Shown: in pieces, positions 38,837-52,200 of the stretch
Position numbering within the stretch: position 1 is the stretch's first letter
Layout of the letters: each line of letters opens with the position of its first letter
Assembly (NCBI GenBank): GCA_008632985.1
Contig: QPGO01000026.1
Location: 434,001-498,000, forward strand
Source: Psammoneis japonica
Lineage: Eukaryota
Direction: 5' to 3'
Length of the DNA stretch: 64,000 bases
Translations under genes and position numbers: made by a program
Notes under the pieces: generated by a model
The model's database searches: none
What the model was told of the DNA's origin: nothing
The model's input: the letters and a program-made list of their open reading frames with translations, nothing else

Positions 38837-39629
38837 CGCCACCATTTTGTCACGATTCAAGGTGCTGCTCCTGCTGACACCGACTCCTCATCATTGCTCG
38901 TGAAGGCGTGTGGACGCCATTTTTTGGCTCACACATTGAAAAATCGGATTCACCTGACGCGTTGGGTCGGCATCCAAGTTGACAATTATTTTTGCAACAG
39001 ACATGGGTCCGCCTGCATCGTCGGTTCAGTGACACCTGATTGAAACAACTCCCTTTTTCCCCTTGAATCATGCATTTCTCCAACAAACTTTAAAGATTTG
39101 CCCAAAAATCCGGCATCAACCCATGCTGGATGAAATCTTCTTCGGATGGGCCCAGTCCACCACTTGCTCCGAATCGCATGACCAGCATTGGACTTTCAAT
39201 GCTGGCCGCACCCAGAGATGGATCTGGCAATGAAGAGCCGAGTCTTCACCTTTTTCAGCTTGAGCAACAGCTTTTACAAGAGAAGCACGATTGTGGAGGC
39301 ATGACGGTTCACAGGATGATCAGAGAGATTCTCGGACAGAGAGCCTTAGCCAGAGCATGCGGAAGATGCCATGGATGTTTTCATTGTTTGCGCATCGAGA
39401 CGCGAGACGGAAGAGGCCACCACGCTTGGCCTTGAGGCCTCATTCCGATTTGGGGCCATGCGGAGAATGCCGCACATTGCAGCACATCATCACCTTGCCG
39501 TGTGGCAGCAAAAGAAGCAACAAGCAACAAGAGCCGGACAGTGGGCTGTGCTGGGCTGTTCACACCGCAGAGCGGAGCAGCAGATTGATGTTGCTGTGGT
39601 CCCCGCCCCACCGTGCGGTGCGACTTCTG

Positions 39630-41870
39630 TCTGTCTGTCCATGTGGAACATCCCCACCATTGGAACAAATTGTTTGAGCTTGTGGCTCAACAGCAGTTGT
39701 TGACATGTTTTTGGCTTGTTTTGGTCCAGGATTGAGTGCTGAGAAGATTGTAACTTCTCTGGGCACCCAGTGTGCCAGACATTGTGGATTTGTGTGCTGC
39801 AAGTTGTCTGGCGGAGCTCGCCAGCCAGATTCTGGCGCAAGGACAGCTCACAACTTCAGCCAGCAACTGTGTTTTCATTTGACAAAATGCTGCATTGCTG
39901 CTTGCCAGTGCAGAGTCCATGCTCAATCCTCTGCATGAGCTTCACTCTGGAGTGGACATCCAGGTGACATGTTGGAAGATGCCTGGAGCTCCGCGCACAC
40001 GCGAGCTCTGGCTGGTCATGTCGTCATCAACCAGCCAGCGCAACCTGACCCATTCTGCACTTCCATTTGGGATGCCCAAGCTGGATCATCTGCCTCTGGC
40101 TCTGACATCATGTGCAGGTTCCACCAGCACTTTTGGCTGTTCAACCCGGCTCCACAGCTGATTGTCAGATCATTGGATCTGCCATGTGTGCTGCTGGCAC
40201 TGATCCATCCCATGTGGCTCTTTCCCCTCAGACTGAGTGCAGCTCTCCAAGCTTGCATTCTCCAGTTGAGAATGTCCCAGATGATTGGTTGGTGTTGACA
40301 GCTTCCAGCAACCTGGGCCACATGGTGAAGGATCCTGAAGCTGTCAAGGATCTGCCTCCCCGCGATCCTCCTCCACCCTCCCACAATGACAAGGGCCCTC
40401 CTCCTCTGCCTCCTCAGGACATCAAGGATGACAACAACAACTTGGCACCACCCATTGCAGCACACTGTGCAAGCAATCTGATGATGAGCCTGATGACAAG
40501 GGCAACATGCTGCAATCCAATTGGCAAGCCATGTGCACCCTGGTCTCAGTGCTTGCACCATTGCTGCGTCCACAAAGAAGAAAGATTGGAGGGATCAGTG
40601 CAAGCCTCCTGTCCTCACAAATGGTGATTTGTCAGCAGGTGTCTCCAATTGCGTGGCATTGACTGGGGGCAAGCCCAGGGCTGACTGGTCTGGTCTTGAC
40701 CCATCTGCTGCTGAATGTGCTGGCACAGTCATTGCCCATTGCCCACAACCAGTGCCACTGTCATCACATTGGTGTGGTCCAGATGGCCCAGAAGAGCAAT
40801 GTCCACCACACCACAGGTCTGTCAACCTGCTTTGCCAATCAACAAGGAGACCAGCTGGCACTCAAAAAAATGTCTTGGCTTGTCTCAAGGACTGTGACAT
40901 GGATGCCATGACTTGCCTGCCCAATCCTGAGGACTCTGGCATGATGAATGACAAGATGCCACATCACTGGCCACTTGCTTGCACCACACCAAGTCAAGTG
41001 CCACTGCCTTGATTGCACCCCAGCATCTCAAATGTGACTTCTGCAATCATGCTGGCACATCCAACATGCCATGTCCTTCTTCAAAGCATTGCTGGACCCA
41101 ACTCTCTGCCACCAAGCTTGACCCCAAGCTTGATGACACCACTTTGTCCCCCCCCCCCCAGGTCTGGAAGGTGCTCATCTTCAGCCTGCACAGCCCATCC
41201 ATTGATTGCTTCAACAAGAAGCTCAAAAAGGACTTTGAGAAGCTCAGCCCTCCCTGGCATCCTGGTCAGGATCTGTGTCTTCTCACTGAGGACTGCAAGG
41301 AGAAGGCAAAGGAGTCAGCAAGCATGGCCAACAACTGCACACCAATCATTCTCTTGCCAAGAAGTGGTGCTAAATTGCCGCAACATTGTTGCCACACCAA
41401 AGTCAAGTCAGCTGATCAGCCAGCTGACTTTCTTGTCAAGCTTTTGACCAGAGAGCTGTTTCCTGCCAACAGAAAGAAAGTTTGGGGTTGGTGAATTGTT
41501 GGGGTTTCTTTGTTCATTTGCCACATGTTGCGGCCCTTGAGCCAAGACTGGAGAAGCACTGGGAGATCAGGGTGTTGAACTTCTTGCCCCAAATTGTAAG
41601 AGCATTGGCTTTTTTCTCTCTTGACAAAAATTGTTGGTTTGCAACCCCCCACAATCTGCAAATGAGAGGGAGAGCTGAGCATCATCTGTCTGGCAACCCA
41701 ACTTGTGTCCATCTGTCCATGTGTGACATCCCTGCCAAGCTGGGCCAAATTGTCAGAGCTTGTGGTGGCTCTCCTTGGCTGTGTGTTTTGCAAATGTTCC
41801 AAAGATGTTTTTTGGCCTGTTTTGGTCCAGGATTGATTTTTGAGAAGATGGCAACTCCTCCAGTGCACTG
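39630..41870 (+). mobile_element. Internally deleted, degenerate Copia element with diverged LTR-like direct repeats
   Basis: Similar segments at ~39633-39760 and ~41712-41860 (ctgtccatgtg...tttggc(t/c)tgttttggtccaggattga...tgagaagat). Gag-like fragments TGGKPRADWSGLD and PGQDL; RNase H-like end DQPADFLVKLL...RKKVWGW*. Confidence 0.65.
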
Positions 41871-42549
41871 AATGGCATGGATCCATGTGCAAATGAAAAT
41901 GTGCAGAAGCAGTGCTGTGACTTGCGGTCCAAAGAAATGACAGCACACACAGCATTTCGTTGTGGGCACATTTGTCGCTTGCCGGAGAAAAGCACTTCTT
42001 GACTGAACACTGCATCACTGCTTGACAGCACAGAGTCTGTGCTCGATCCTCTGTCTCTGATGAGGCCTCACTCTGGAGTGGGCATCCTGTGCCTTTGGTT
42101 CCTGCTGTTGCTTCGTGTTCTCTCTGCGTGCTCATTCAGATGCCTGTAGACAGACAGAAAGACCACGAGGCACAGAATTGGAACCAATGCACACACGAGA
42201 CACTGACAAGAAGACACCATGCTGGCCATCAGTTCAGAGACGGCGGACACTGAACACCACCAAGTGCCACCGGAAAACTCAAAAACTGACATCATGTCGG
42301 GTAGGTAAAGTAGATTTTGGCCATTTTACGAGAAAAATGAAGTAGATTTTTTACTTGTTTCTACTGGCTTTCTACAGGAAATCTCAGTATAGTCTGCACG
42401 TCACTCCGAAGAATGAAGAAAAGCACATTCAACCTGTTCTGCATAGGGTCTTAATCGCGCGATAGCGCGCATGACCACCTAGATTTTCTTGCACCAGGAG
42501 CTCGTTTTCTGACAAATAAGTAGTTTTCAGGTAAGTAGAAGTAGATTAA

Positions 42550-43083
42550 CACGGGATCCACGGGTGCACCCGGGAATTGCGGGATGAAAGGGGAAAGGGG
42601 CAAATGGGAATGTTGGGAAAGTAAGGGGCTATTGTTGTGCCTTAAGGGTCCCTTTAGTGAGCCGAACACGCACATTTGTCATCTGAACATCATAGGTCCG
42701 TCTTATGGGGGGTGTCAAAATGTTGTGACGGGACGCGTCTTGAGGATTAATCGATATATAATATATATGGCTATGAAGGTTATATAAAGTTGAAAAACGT
42801 ACGTGCGCGTTTTTTATGTGTGTCGTTTTCAGATTTATATAATATTAATGGTCAAATATATAATATATAAAATTATTCCTCGAGACCGCGTCTGCTCTCA
42901 CAATTTAACGACCCCCGAAAGGACGGACCTACGAGGGTCAAATCGGCAACAAGCGTGTTTGGCTGACTAAAGGGTCCCTCAAGGTAAAATAATAGCATGT
43001 CACTTTTCCACCATTCACATTTGCCCCTTTCCCCTTTCATCCCGCATTTTGCAGATTCCCCTGGTGCATCCGCGGATCCCGTG
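42550..43083. mobile_element. piggyBac-like foldback MITE (534 bp) with TTAA TSD and long imperfect inverted arms
   Basis: TTAA(42546-49)-CACGGGATCC...GGATCCCGTG-TTAA(43084-87). The arms align over about 200 bp (gcgggatgaaaggggaaaggggcaaatg; ccctttagt.agcc.aacacgc; taggtccgtc). AT-rich centre. Confidence 0.85.
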
Positions 43084-43235
43084 TTAAGTAGATTTCGAGC
43101 TATTTAGCAAGAAAACGTCATGATGTCAGTCTTTGATTTTTTCGGTGGCACTTGTGAACACTGAACTTTTGTTTTTGTTTTTGCCTGCTGTCTTGTAAGC
43201 TCGAAGCGTCATTTTTTAAAAAATGTGTTGTGTTC

Positions 43236-45524
43236 ATGTTGGAGCCAAACGACAAGGACGTATTGTTTGGAAGAGGCAGGGGCTCACGAGAACACCCTGG
43301 AAATTTCGAGTTTCAAAGGCTTGTTCGGCGCCACAAGAAGGCCTATCAGGATGCGGATAGTCGGAGTGAGAAAAACAATGTGGCGCTGCTAGTTGTTGAT
43401 GCAATTTACAGGCAAAAGGGGCGCTTCTTGGAAGTATCTGAAACGGGTGAATGGAAACTAGCAAGTTCAGAGAAAGCCCTCAAAAAGACAAAGCATGCAT
43501 TGAGAGACAAGCAATCTTATTGCTTAGATGATGACGATGTGTTCCGTCAAGAAGAATCACACTCATTTTCTGCTGCAGAGGCCGCCAAAATCCAGAGACC
43601 CGTTCTTGAAGAGTATCGTTGCTACAATGTGTTACATCAGCTTGGAATCTTGATGCCACCGCAACCTCCGCAGCAGCCGAAAACCTTTCCTTTACCGAGT
43701 GTAGCGGCTGTGGCGCAGAGCGCTTCGACGCCGCTGATGCACACGACTATGGCACAGATTCATGGCCCGCTATCTCGACCCTCTGCGTTCGCTGCTCTCA
43801 TGTCTCCACCTATGGAGGCAAGGTGTTCTCAACCAGCACCCCCAAGCCACCTTGTGACACGACAGCCTTACCACCCATCACCAAGCTCGTTAATGCAAGC
43901 CGTGTCTTCAGAGTCGACTCAAGAGATTCTCAAACTATCTCTACCCCACCAGAAGTCAGCACAAAGCCCTTCAAAGTCTTTTAGGGATGCTGGAAAATTT
44001 CGTATTAGGGATGCAGCAAGTTCAAGTTCTCAGAGTAAAAAGTCGGAACCTTCAGACTCACTTGTTGAAAGTTGCGTTAAAGCGGTTCAAGAAGAACCAG
44101 AACAAAAAGAACCAAGGCATGTCACACACAAGGAGGCAAAGATGGCTTGTGTTATTGCTAAAGACAGTTCTGACACAGCTAAAGAGCTGCAGAGAGGCAT
44201 TTATGAGGAAGCAAATCTGCCTTCTATTAATGCTGAAGACGATTCTGGTACTTCAAAAGAACCAGCGAGAGAGATGATTCCTCATGAGGAGGTAACGATG
44301 CCATGTATTGTTCCTAATGACGATTCTGATATTGCAAAAGAACCGCGGAGAGATATTTCTAATCGTCGTTTTGGAGGGGGCACCCTTTCAAAACTATTTC
44401 GCAGCCTTGATGAAATGCAGATGCTTCATGATGCCACTATTAATAGTAATGTCCCCGACGATCAGCATCAGAACGAGCGTAAAGACAGTAGAGCCCATGT
44501 CATTCCTCCCGAATCTTACGAGTCTCTGACGAGTCAAGATATTGCTGCTGCCGAATTCTTGGTTACGGCCTTGACGGAAGCTTCTGTAAACCACCAAAAA
44601 GAAGAGGATTTTACCGTTACGGAAGAAGAGCAACGCACCGCCACACAAGATCTTTTTGGAAAGTTGCGTATATCATCGACGCCCCCTCCAAAAAAGCGAA
44701 TAAAATGGTGCAACAGCACGAGTAATATCTCGTATTTGTTGGCGGAATTAAAGAATCACCTGGATTCGATACCGGCAAACGAGAAGAGCGCCTGGTTGGA
44801 GGCACAGAGCAAGGCTCGTGACATTGAGATAAATGATCAACGACTTGAATTGTTTTTGAACCGAGAAGATATGGACCCAGAGAGAGCAGCACGACGTTTC
44901 GTCAACTATTGGGAAGAACGACGAAAATGGTTTGGATCCGACAAGTTCACATTGCCGATGACTTTGGATGGGGCTGTGAGGGACGATACAGCAGCTCTTG
45001 AGGCAGGGTTGTTTCGACTGCTTCCTTACTTGGATACTTCGGGGCGACAGTTGATGCAAGGTTTTGCACGCATGCACAACCGTAATGGATACAATACCGA
45101 GAACATGACGCGGGCATATTGGTACATGAGCGAAGTGGTCGCCCAGCACCCAGACGCTGCAGAGGGCATTGTTCGCTTAGTATGGATGAAAGGGGCGTCA
45201 CTGTTTGACACGGACCTTGAGCTTGAATGGAATGTTTCGAATCTCGACGAAACGGCTCTTCCCGTGCCGATTCGCGGATCACACGTGTTTTGCCTGCCGT
45301 ACGTCATATCAAAGCTCTTGAAACCAATTGCGCTTGCACAGCAGCCCAAGAGTATTCGTTCCCGGATTGTTGTGCATGATGTAGCCGAAGCAAAGGTTGT
45401 GGAGACGCTTTCGCGTTATGGCGTTTTCAGAAATATGATTCCAATTGACATGGGCGGAACCTGTGAGTACAACCACAAGGAATGGTTAGAGCACAGAAGG
45501 GCAAAGGAGATGGTGACGGCATGA
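43236..45524 (+). CDS. DUF6824 (diatom-expanded) N-terminal domain plus CRAL-TRIO/Sec14-like C-terminal domain protein
   Basis: N-terminal PNDKDVLFGRG...HPGN...GRFLE...W...KTKHALRD and C-terminal FLNRE...AARRFVNYWEER...D.SGRQL...IPIDMGG. Intronless, normal composition. Confidence 0.88.
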   Translation: MLEPNDKDVLFGRGRGSREHPGNFEFQRLVRRHKKAYQDADSRSEKNNVALLVVDAIYRQKGRFLEVSETGEWKLASSEKALKKTKHALRDKQSYCLDDDDVFRQEESHSFSAAEAAKIQRPVLEEYRCYNVLHQLGILMPPQPPQQPKTFPLPSVAAVAQSASTPLMHTTMAQIHGPLSRPSAFAALMSPPMEARCSQPAPPSHLVTRQPYHPSPSSLMQAVSSESTQEILKLSLPHQKSAQSPSKSFRDAGKFRIRDAASSSSQSKKSEPSDSLVESCVKAVQEEPEQKEPRHVTHKEAKMACVIAKDSSDTAKELQRGIYEEANLPSINAEDDSGTSKEPAREMIPHEEVTMPCIVPNDDSDIAKEPRRDISNRRFGGGTLSKLFRSLDEMQMLHDATINSNVPDDQHQNERKDSRAHVIPPESYESLTSQDIAAAEFLVTALTEASVNHQKEEDFTVTEEEQRTATQDLFGKLRISSTPPPKKRIKWCNSTSNISYLLAELKNHLDSIPANEKSAWLEAQSKARDIEINDQRLELFLNREDMDPERAARRFVNYWEERRKWFGSDKFTLPMTLDGAVRDDTAALEAGLFRLLPYLDTSGRQLMQGFARMHNRNGYNTENMTRAYWYMSEVVAQHPDAAEGIVRLVWMKGASLFDTDLELEWNVSNLDETALPVPIRGSHVFCLPYVISKLLKPIALAQQPKSIRSRIVVHDVAEAKVVETLSRYGVFRNMIPIDMGGTCEYNHKEWLEHRRAKEMVTA

Positions 45525-48099
45525 TGGATGCCAGTGAAATTGCGTGTAACTGGGAGTTTCATCTGCTCCTGTACATTCTGGACTCAATGTATAACAGAAA
45601 ACGAGCCGTTCTGTTCGCATCTGTCACATTAGTAAATACCTCCTTCTGGGTAGGCCCTGGAGATTAGCTAGCGAAACGACGAGACATAATGCGCAAAAAG
45701 AAGCATAGACTATAACAGCACCATGGATCTTTCGACACCGCTACGAAATATGAGAATCAATCGTCCGCATCACCAACAATCATGCACGGTAGATGATGCA
45801 TTTAGCAACTCCAAGAATTGTTTGAGACGTCAAGGCATTGAATGAATAGAGCCAAGATGTCGTTGTTTGTGAAAAAACAACAGCATGCTCCGTTGAAGGT
45901 GACAGAATGCGGGAACAAACTGGTGTGAAAGACTGACACAGATGATGATGGTGCTGCAGTCAGCACTAACAGCCAACAAATCCACTGGAGCAGCTGGAGG
46001 TTGTGAGTTCAGCAAAGACTTGGCGCAACCTGCAAAGAGCAGAACCTCCTTTGACAGAGGGGCACTGGTCTCCATTCCACATGAAACAAGGATTCAAGCT
46101 GCCAGAGTTGCAGCTGCTGCCATCCACACAACTGAGACAACCCGACTTAATGTGTGCCTTCATTTTGCTGATGGGGATTTTTTGCTTGCAGTTGACCTGG
46201 CTGGGAGCACTTCACTTGACCAAGCCTTGGCCCACATCAACTGAAGTGCTGGTGTTGCAATTTCCTGCACAGCACACCATTGCAAAAATCCTTGAATGAG
46301 TGTCCAGATGGAATGTGCTTTTTGTGCACAGCTGCAGTGGATTGTGCACATGATTGTGAGTGGGGGGTGGGGTGCTGGGTGGAGAATGAGGGCAGCATCA
46401 TGGCTTTGCAAAGTGAACCATGTGTCACCAGCTCAGGAGGTGAAGTTTGCATTGGAGGCAAGATGCATGGCAGAGCTGGCAAGATGTGGCTGGGTGGGAG
46501 AAGTCTTTGACAGAGGCTTGTGCAGGTGCAAAGAGCAAGCCTCAGCTTTGGGTAAAACAAAACCCACCGAGTGCCATTTTCTGTGCAGTTTTCAGCTCCA
46601 GACATTTTTGTCACCCCCCACTGGAGCTCCATTTTCTTGGCATTTGGTGGTCATTTGTCGCTCCAGTGACCAAACAAAAATTTGCTGTGTTTGCACATGT
46701 TGCTCCTCACATGCAAAGAACACTGCCATTGTGCATCACAAAACAAAAAGTGCTGGGTCACTTGCAGGCTTCTTCTGCAATTGGTGGCAGCGGCACTGAC
46801 GATGACAGCTGAGATGCAGAGAAGAAGTCACAATGCAGCACACATCTGTTGCCCTTCTGCTGAGTGCTTTGTTTCTGTCTGACTGCTCTTTTGCAGTCCT
46901 TTGATGGTGTTTTTCAACTCATTGTTCTCACCACACTTGTCTTGCGGTGGTTGAAACTCAACAAAAAATAACTTCTGCAACATGGCTGTGCTGAGCTCAA
47001 TGCATTGCATCATTTTTTGCCATCTGACAAGCTGCAAATCTTTCAATGTCATGGTTTGAAAGATTGTGATTGTCAACATGTCTGTTTTATTTTGGTTGAA
47101 GACAAACAAACACTTCTTTTGCTGCGCCACCATTGCTGCTGCTGTGTTCAACATTTTTCATTTGTCAGCTGGAGCAGTGGCTGAAGAGGCTTTGCCGCTC
47201 ATCTTTTTTTGAGGTTGCTGCTGTCACATGCTCACTGGGCTGCAGTTGTTGCACAATGCAAGTGCTTGTTTCGCACATTTGAATTTGCTGGTTGTGCCCC
47301 CACCTTTGCCCTTGTGTTTGATGGTGTGCTTGGCATTTGCATTTGTCATCTTTGGAGCAGCCAAAGAGACTGTTGCTGCCAGCTCATTTGTGCTGACAGC
47401 ACTGACTCTGGAGCACAGCTGTCATGCAGTGCAAAAATTTCCACAAAATGTTTGGCAAGCAACTTCAAGGAGTTGGGCAAAACATTGTGTCACTCTTGCA
47501 GTTGAGGTGTTGCAACAAGCCATTTCTGCAGCAAAAGCAGATTCTTCCATTTTGCTCAAGGCAATGATGCTGGGAATGTGTTTGGTGCCAGTTGTCAAAT
47601 TCAACAGCTCTGCACACATTGAATCAATGAATGGTCATTTTGAGAAGCACAAATCAAGTCCAACATGGTGCACAACACCTCTGAAGGACACAATTGACCC
47701 ACAAGAGCTGCAGACACATCTTGTGATTTGTGATTTGTTTGACATGACATCACATGAAGCACGGTCTTTGTGAGTTTCTGCAAAAGCTTGAGGATGAAAA
47801 GAAAATGGCTCTGCGTGGCACAAACTTTGGTGGTGGTTGCCATGGTGGAAGGAGAAGCAGTGCCTGGAGCAATGGAGAGGGCATTGTTGGTGCTGGCATT
47901 CTCAGAGGTGCCATCTGAGGGAGTGGCTGCTCATCCTTCAGTGTGAGCTGGGGGCAGGGTTTCCTTGGAAAGCACAATTCTTTGCTGCAACAATTTCTGT
48001 TTCTGCCAAAGCCAGTTCTGTGCTTGTGTTGGCAGCCAACTCCAGATTGATTCCCAGTTTTGACCACAGCACATTGCAGTGAAAATTGAGGAGAAGGAC

Positions 48100-48375
48100 T
48101 GACAGGATTTGAACAGGATTTGGGTGCGCGCGAAATGTCGCGCGCTGCCCAGTTTACCGCGCACAGTTTTGTGTGCTTTAGCTCCGCGCGTTCGCGCGCG
48201 ATGTAGTTTGCTTTTGAGCCACAAGGCTCACAAGAACAACAACAGCAGCCCGATTGTGCCGACTCACACGTCTTTCGGCTCCTGCAACGGTCTCTGAGCG
48301 GAGACTCATCTGCCATTTAGACAGCAGCAAGGAGTTGTTGTTTGAATTCTTGCCATTTGCCTTCAATTTCTGTCA
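48100..48375 (+). repeat. 5' LTR
   Basis: Colinear with 54692-54967, with about 20 differences, all transitions. Confidence 0.97.
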
Positions 48376-49293
48376 GATCAACAGTCTTGCTCATTGTCAA
48401 CCCATTGAGCAACCGCCATCATCGTTGTTGATCTGCCGATGACGCTGTCTCAATTCTGCGTGGACCTCTGCATGTGTTCTATGTACATCGGCAAGTCTGC
48501 GCGCATTCAACACCAGGGCATCGGCAGGAAGTTAACGTCACCGTCAAGTCTCCTTGCCGCTGGATGTCTGGATTGATTGTGCTGCCTTTGATCGCTGGAG
48601 ACATGCATTCAACGGTCACATCCAAGTCTGTCCTTGATCCTCATCCCTTGATGTGCCCATTCAATGGCCAACGGTCAAGAACCCCACATGTTCAAGGATC
48701 TTCATCGCTGAAGACATGTGTGTGCACACATCTTCACGGCCAAGAACTTGTGCCCACTCTTCGGACTGCGGTTTTGCTGCCTCTCTACAAGCACACCGAG
48801 TCCATTGCACCTGATCCACCCCGGACTGCTGGTGCTCTGCAGTTCCACTGGGTCCACGAGGACGACTGTGAGAGCAAGCAGCCGTGATTGCAGCCTGTGT
48901 TGGGGCGAGGGTGCTTTCCTGCGTTTGTTCGTTCGTCCACAGCACCTGACACCTGCGTCAACTGGCCAGCCTGATTGGGAAATCCAACCGACATAAAATG
49001 AGAATGGTTCGGGGGTCTTGTCCACCTCTGGTCAGCTCACCTGCAGGGGCTCGCAAGCAACCCAAAGCACCACCAGCTGCGGGTTCGGACGTGCCGGCAC
49101 AACTCTGCGGACCGGATGGGAAGTTTGGCACTTGACAACGAACGGGACAGCACAGCCCGGCGACTTCTGATTTTAAGGCAGCTCAAGATTTCAAGTCAAG
49201 TCCATTTCAAGTCAAGTCCATTCTCACCCAAGTTTCAAGTCCACCTTCGCTTCCCAACAAGAATTGCTCATCCTGACACCACTTTTGTCTGCC

Positions 49294-52200
49294 ATGGTTC
49301 TCACTCGTCAGAAACAAACCGATGGTTTCAAGCACGTTGTTGGAACCGTGCTTGCCCAAGGTGCTGGGAGCCCCCTTCATTTGGCTTTGGCCCAAGACGG
49401 CACGGACTCGCATCAAGAACCATCCACGTTCATGCCGTCCCAAATCGACTCGCTTGAGTGCGACAACGGCACTAATGTGATCCCTTTGCCCCGCGGTTAT
49501 AAGAACATGTTAGCAGCTCCAGTCAGTCTGTACATTGTCAAAGCACACGAAGGTCTTGACGTTGCCAATGACTCCTCGTTGTTCACGCATGACGAGCTCC
49601 TTGCCCACCACCTCAGCCCCGACTGCATGTCCTCTGTGTCCATCGGCAGCTCACCCCTCGCACCTCCGCATGTCACCAACCCGACCAAGGCACGCGACCC
49701 GGTGCGAGACTTCAAGCGAGGCATCAAGTGTGATCCCACCACTTTCACGGCTCTCAAATCCGACAAGCAGTGGCACACTTGGCACACCTCACTTGTGGCA
49801 CAAGCCCATGCCCAAGACGTCGAGTGCATTCTAGACTCGTCGTACAAACCGACCAGCCCCGAAGACAAACTGCTCTTTGCTGAACAGCAAAAGTGCATGT
49901 TTGCCGTCTTCGAACGCATCCTTCTCACCGACAAGGGCAAGGCTCTCATCCGCGAAAATGTGGGGTCTTCTGATGCCCAGACCGTCTGCCGCGCCTTGTC
50001 CGAGCATGCGCTTGCCTCCACCCGCGCATCTGTCGAGTCCTCCACCTTGCTCACGCACCTTGCCACCGCACGTCTTGGTGATGGCACTTGGAAAGGTCCA
50101 ACCCACGGGTTCATCCTTCATTGGCAAGACCAGTTGTGCAAGTGCGAGGCACTCATCCCGGCCAGTGACCACTTCTCTGAAGGACAGAAGCGCGTCATGC
50201 TCGAGAATGCCGCACACCCTGTCGAGGAACTCCGTGCTGTCAAGAACCAAGCTGATCAGCATCGTACGCAGAGTGGCAAGAGCCTCACATGCGATCAATG
50301 CTGTGGCTTGCTCCTCTCCGCGGCAGCTCAGTGCGACAACACGTTTCAACCCAAGACGACACCTCGAGCTCCCCGACGTGCCATGTGCGCACACGACGTC
50401 TGCTCCGAGGAACCATCCGACGATGTGTTCTACGACATTGACAGCAACATTGACGTCCTTCAGGCCAATGCTGCCCACACCCGTGGTCCCAGCCTCACCG
50501 GCGACCAATGGAAACGTCTCCCTCCCGACCACCAACGGATTTGGGATTTGTTGCCCCATTCCTCCAAGGCGATCATCCTTGAGCATTCTCGCCCGCCTCC
50601 CCGCAACCCGCGAGCCAGCAACTGCCATGAGTCCATTGCGGCCAACCTTCACGACCAATGCCTTGGGAGTGATGGTGATGTCAACTTGTCCAACACGACT
50701 CCTGCTGCCTCTGGTGATCCCGCTCCAAATGTGGGTGCCACTTTGGATGATCCCATCCTGGCGCACCTCACCAAGCGCAAGCCACTGCCACCCGGTGATC
50801 TGCAACGTCTGTTGTCTCCTGACCAAGCCCCCAACGCTGGTCGACCGGGGCCATCCGCCGCTCCCTCCACCCCGCCAGCTTCTGCCGATGACACAGAACT
50901 TAACGGCCGCACTTGCCGTCGCGCCAACAACCACAATGTCATTCACTCTGCCTCTGCTCATCGCTCCACATGCACTGGTGCTCCAGTCGATCGTGGGGCC
51001 AACGGCGGCATTGCTGGCGACGACGTTTGCATCATTGCATGCACCTCTTGCCAAGTCGACGTTCAGGGCATTGACGACCATCAATTGGTGGACATCCCCA
51101 TTGTCGCCACTGGTGCCGTCATTGAGACCCAGCGTGGTCCCGTCATCGCCATCCTCCATCAGCATGCATGCACGGGAAAGGGCAAGACCATCCATTCCTG
51201 CGGCCAGCTCGAATGGTGCAAACAGGATGTCAACGATTGCTCTGTCAAGGTGCCCAACGGCTTGCAACGCATTGCCACTCCTGATGGCCATGTCATCCCC
51301 ATTGACATCAAGGGCGGCCTGCCCCATGTTGCCATGCGACCTTACACTGACGCCGAATGGGACACCCTGCCCCATGTCATCCTCACCGGTGATGACACAT
51401 GGGATCCTTCCGTCCTTGATCACTCTGTCACTGACGACGACCAGTGGTGCGACGCGATCTCTGACCCACAGGACGATCCCACTGCCAACCCATTTGACGA
51501 ATGCGGCAACTGCCGTCATCGTGTCGTTGTCAACGAGACCATCATGTCCGCTTCCTTGTCTGCCGATCACGCGTCCGCCCTCGATGATCATCTCATTCCG
51601 AATGACGACGTGTTCTGCGAGTGTCATCCACACGCAATTGACCCCAAGGACAACGACGTTCCGCCCCCAGAGCGCACTGTGCAGCCCAAGGACCCCCCCT
51701 TCGAGTCTCTTTGGCCCTGCTTTGGCTTCCCACCTGCCGATGCGGTCCATCGCACTTTTGACTGCACCACGCAGTGCGCCCGCATGCCCGCCGGTACACA
51801 CCTTAAGAAGGCCTGCAAATCACCCAACCCCGCCCTTGATGTGCACCGCCGCAACGAGCCTGTCGCCACTGACACCGTTCATGCCGACACCCCGGCCGTC
51901 GACTCTGGTTGCACCAGCGCCCAACTGTTTGTTGGCACCGAGTCTGCCGTCACTGACGTCTGCGGCACCAAGACGGACAAAGAGTTTGTCAACACACTCG
52001 AGGATCAGATCCGGGAGCGTGGTGCCCCATCCAAACTCATTGGCGACCGTGCTCAAGTTGAGATCAGCAACAAAGTGCTCGGGATCCTACGAGCCCTCTT
52101 CATCTCCAGCTGGCAAAGTGAGCCTCACCAGCAACACCAAAACTTTGCCGAGCGTCGATGCCAGACCATGAAGCGCATGGCGAACACTGTCATGGATCGT

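Noticed and set aside
48376..48400. Primer-binding site of the Copia element
   Set aside because: There is no canonical TGG-starting tRNA complement after the 5' LTR, so it cannot be assigned by eye.
49831..52171. Long overlapping ORFs (656 aa on -, 764 aa on +) over the Copia pol, and the many Cys/His-rich ORFs in TA-poor blocks
   Set aside because: Loss of TA removes TAA and TAG stops in all six frames, so long shadow ORFs are expected. They show no domain signal.
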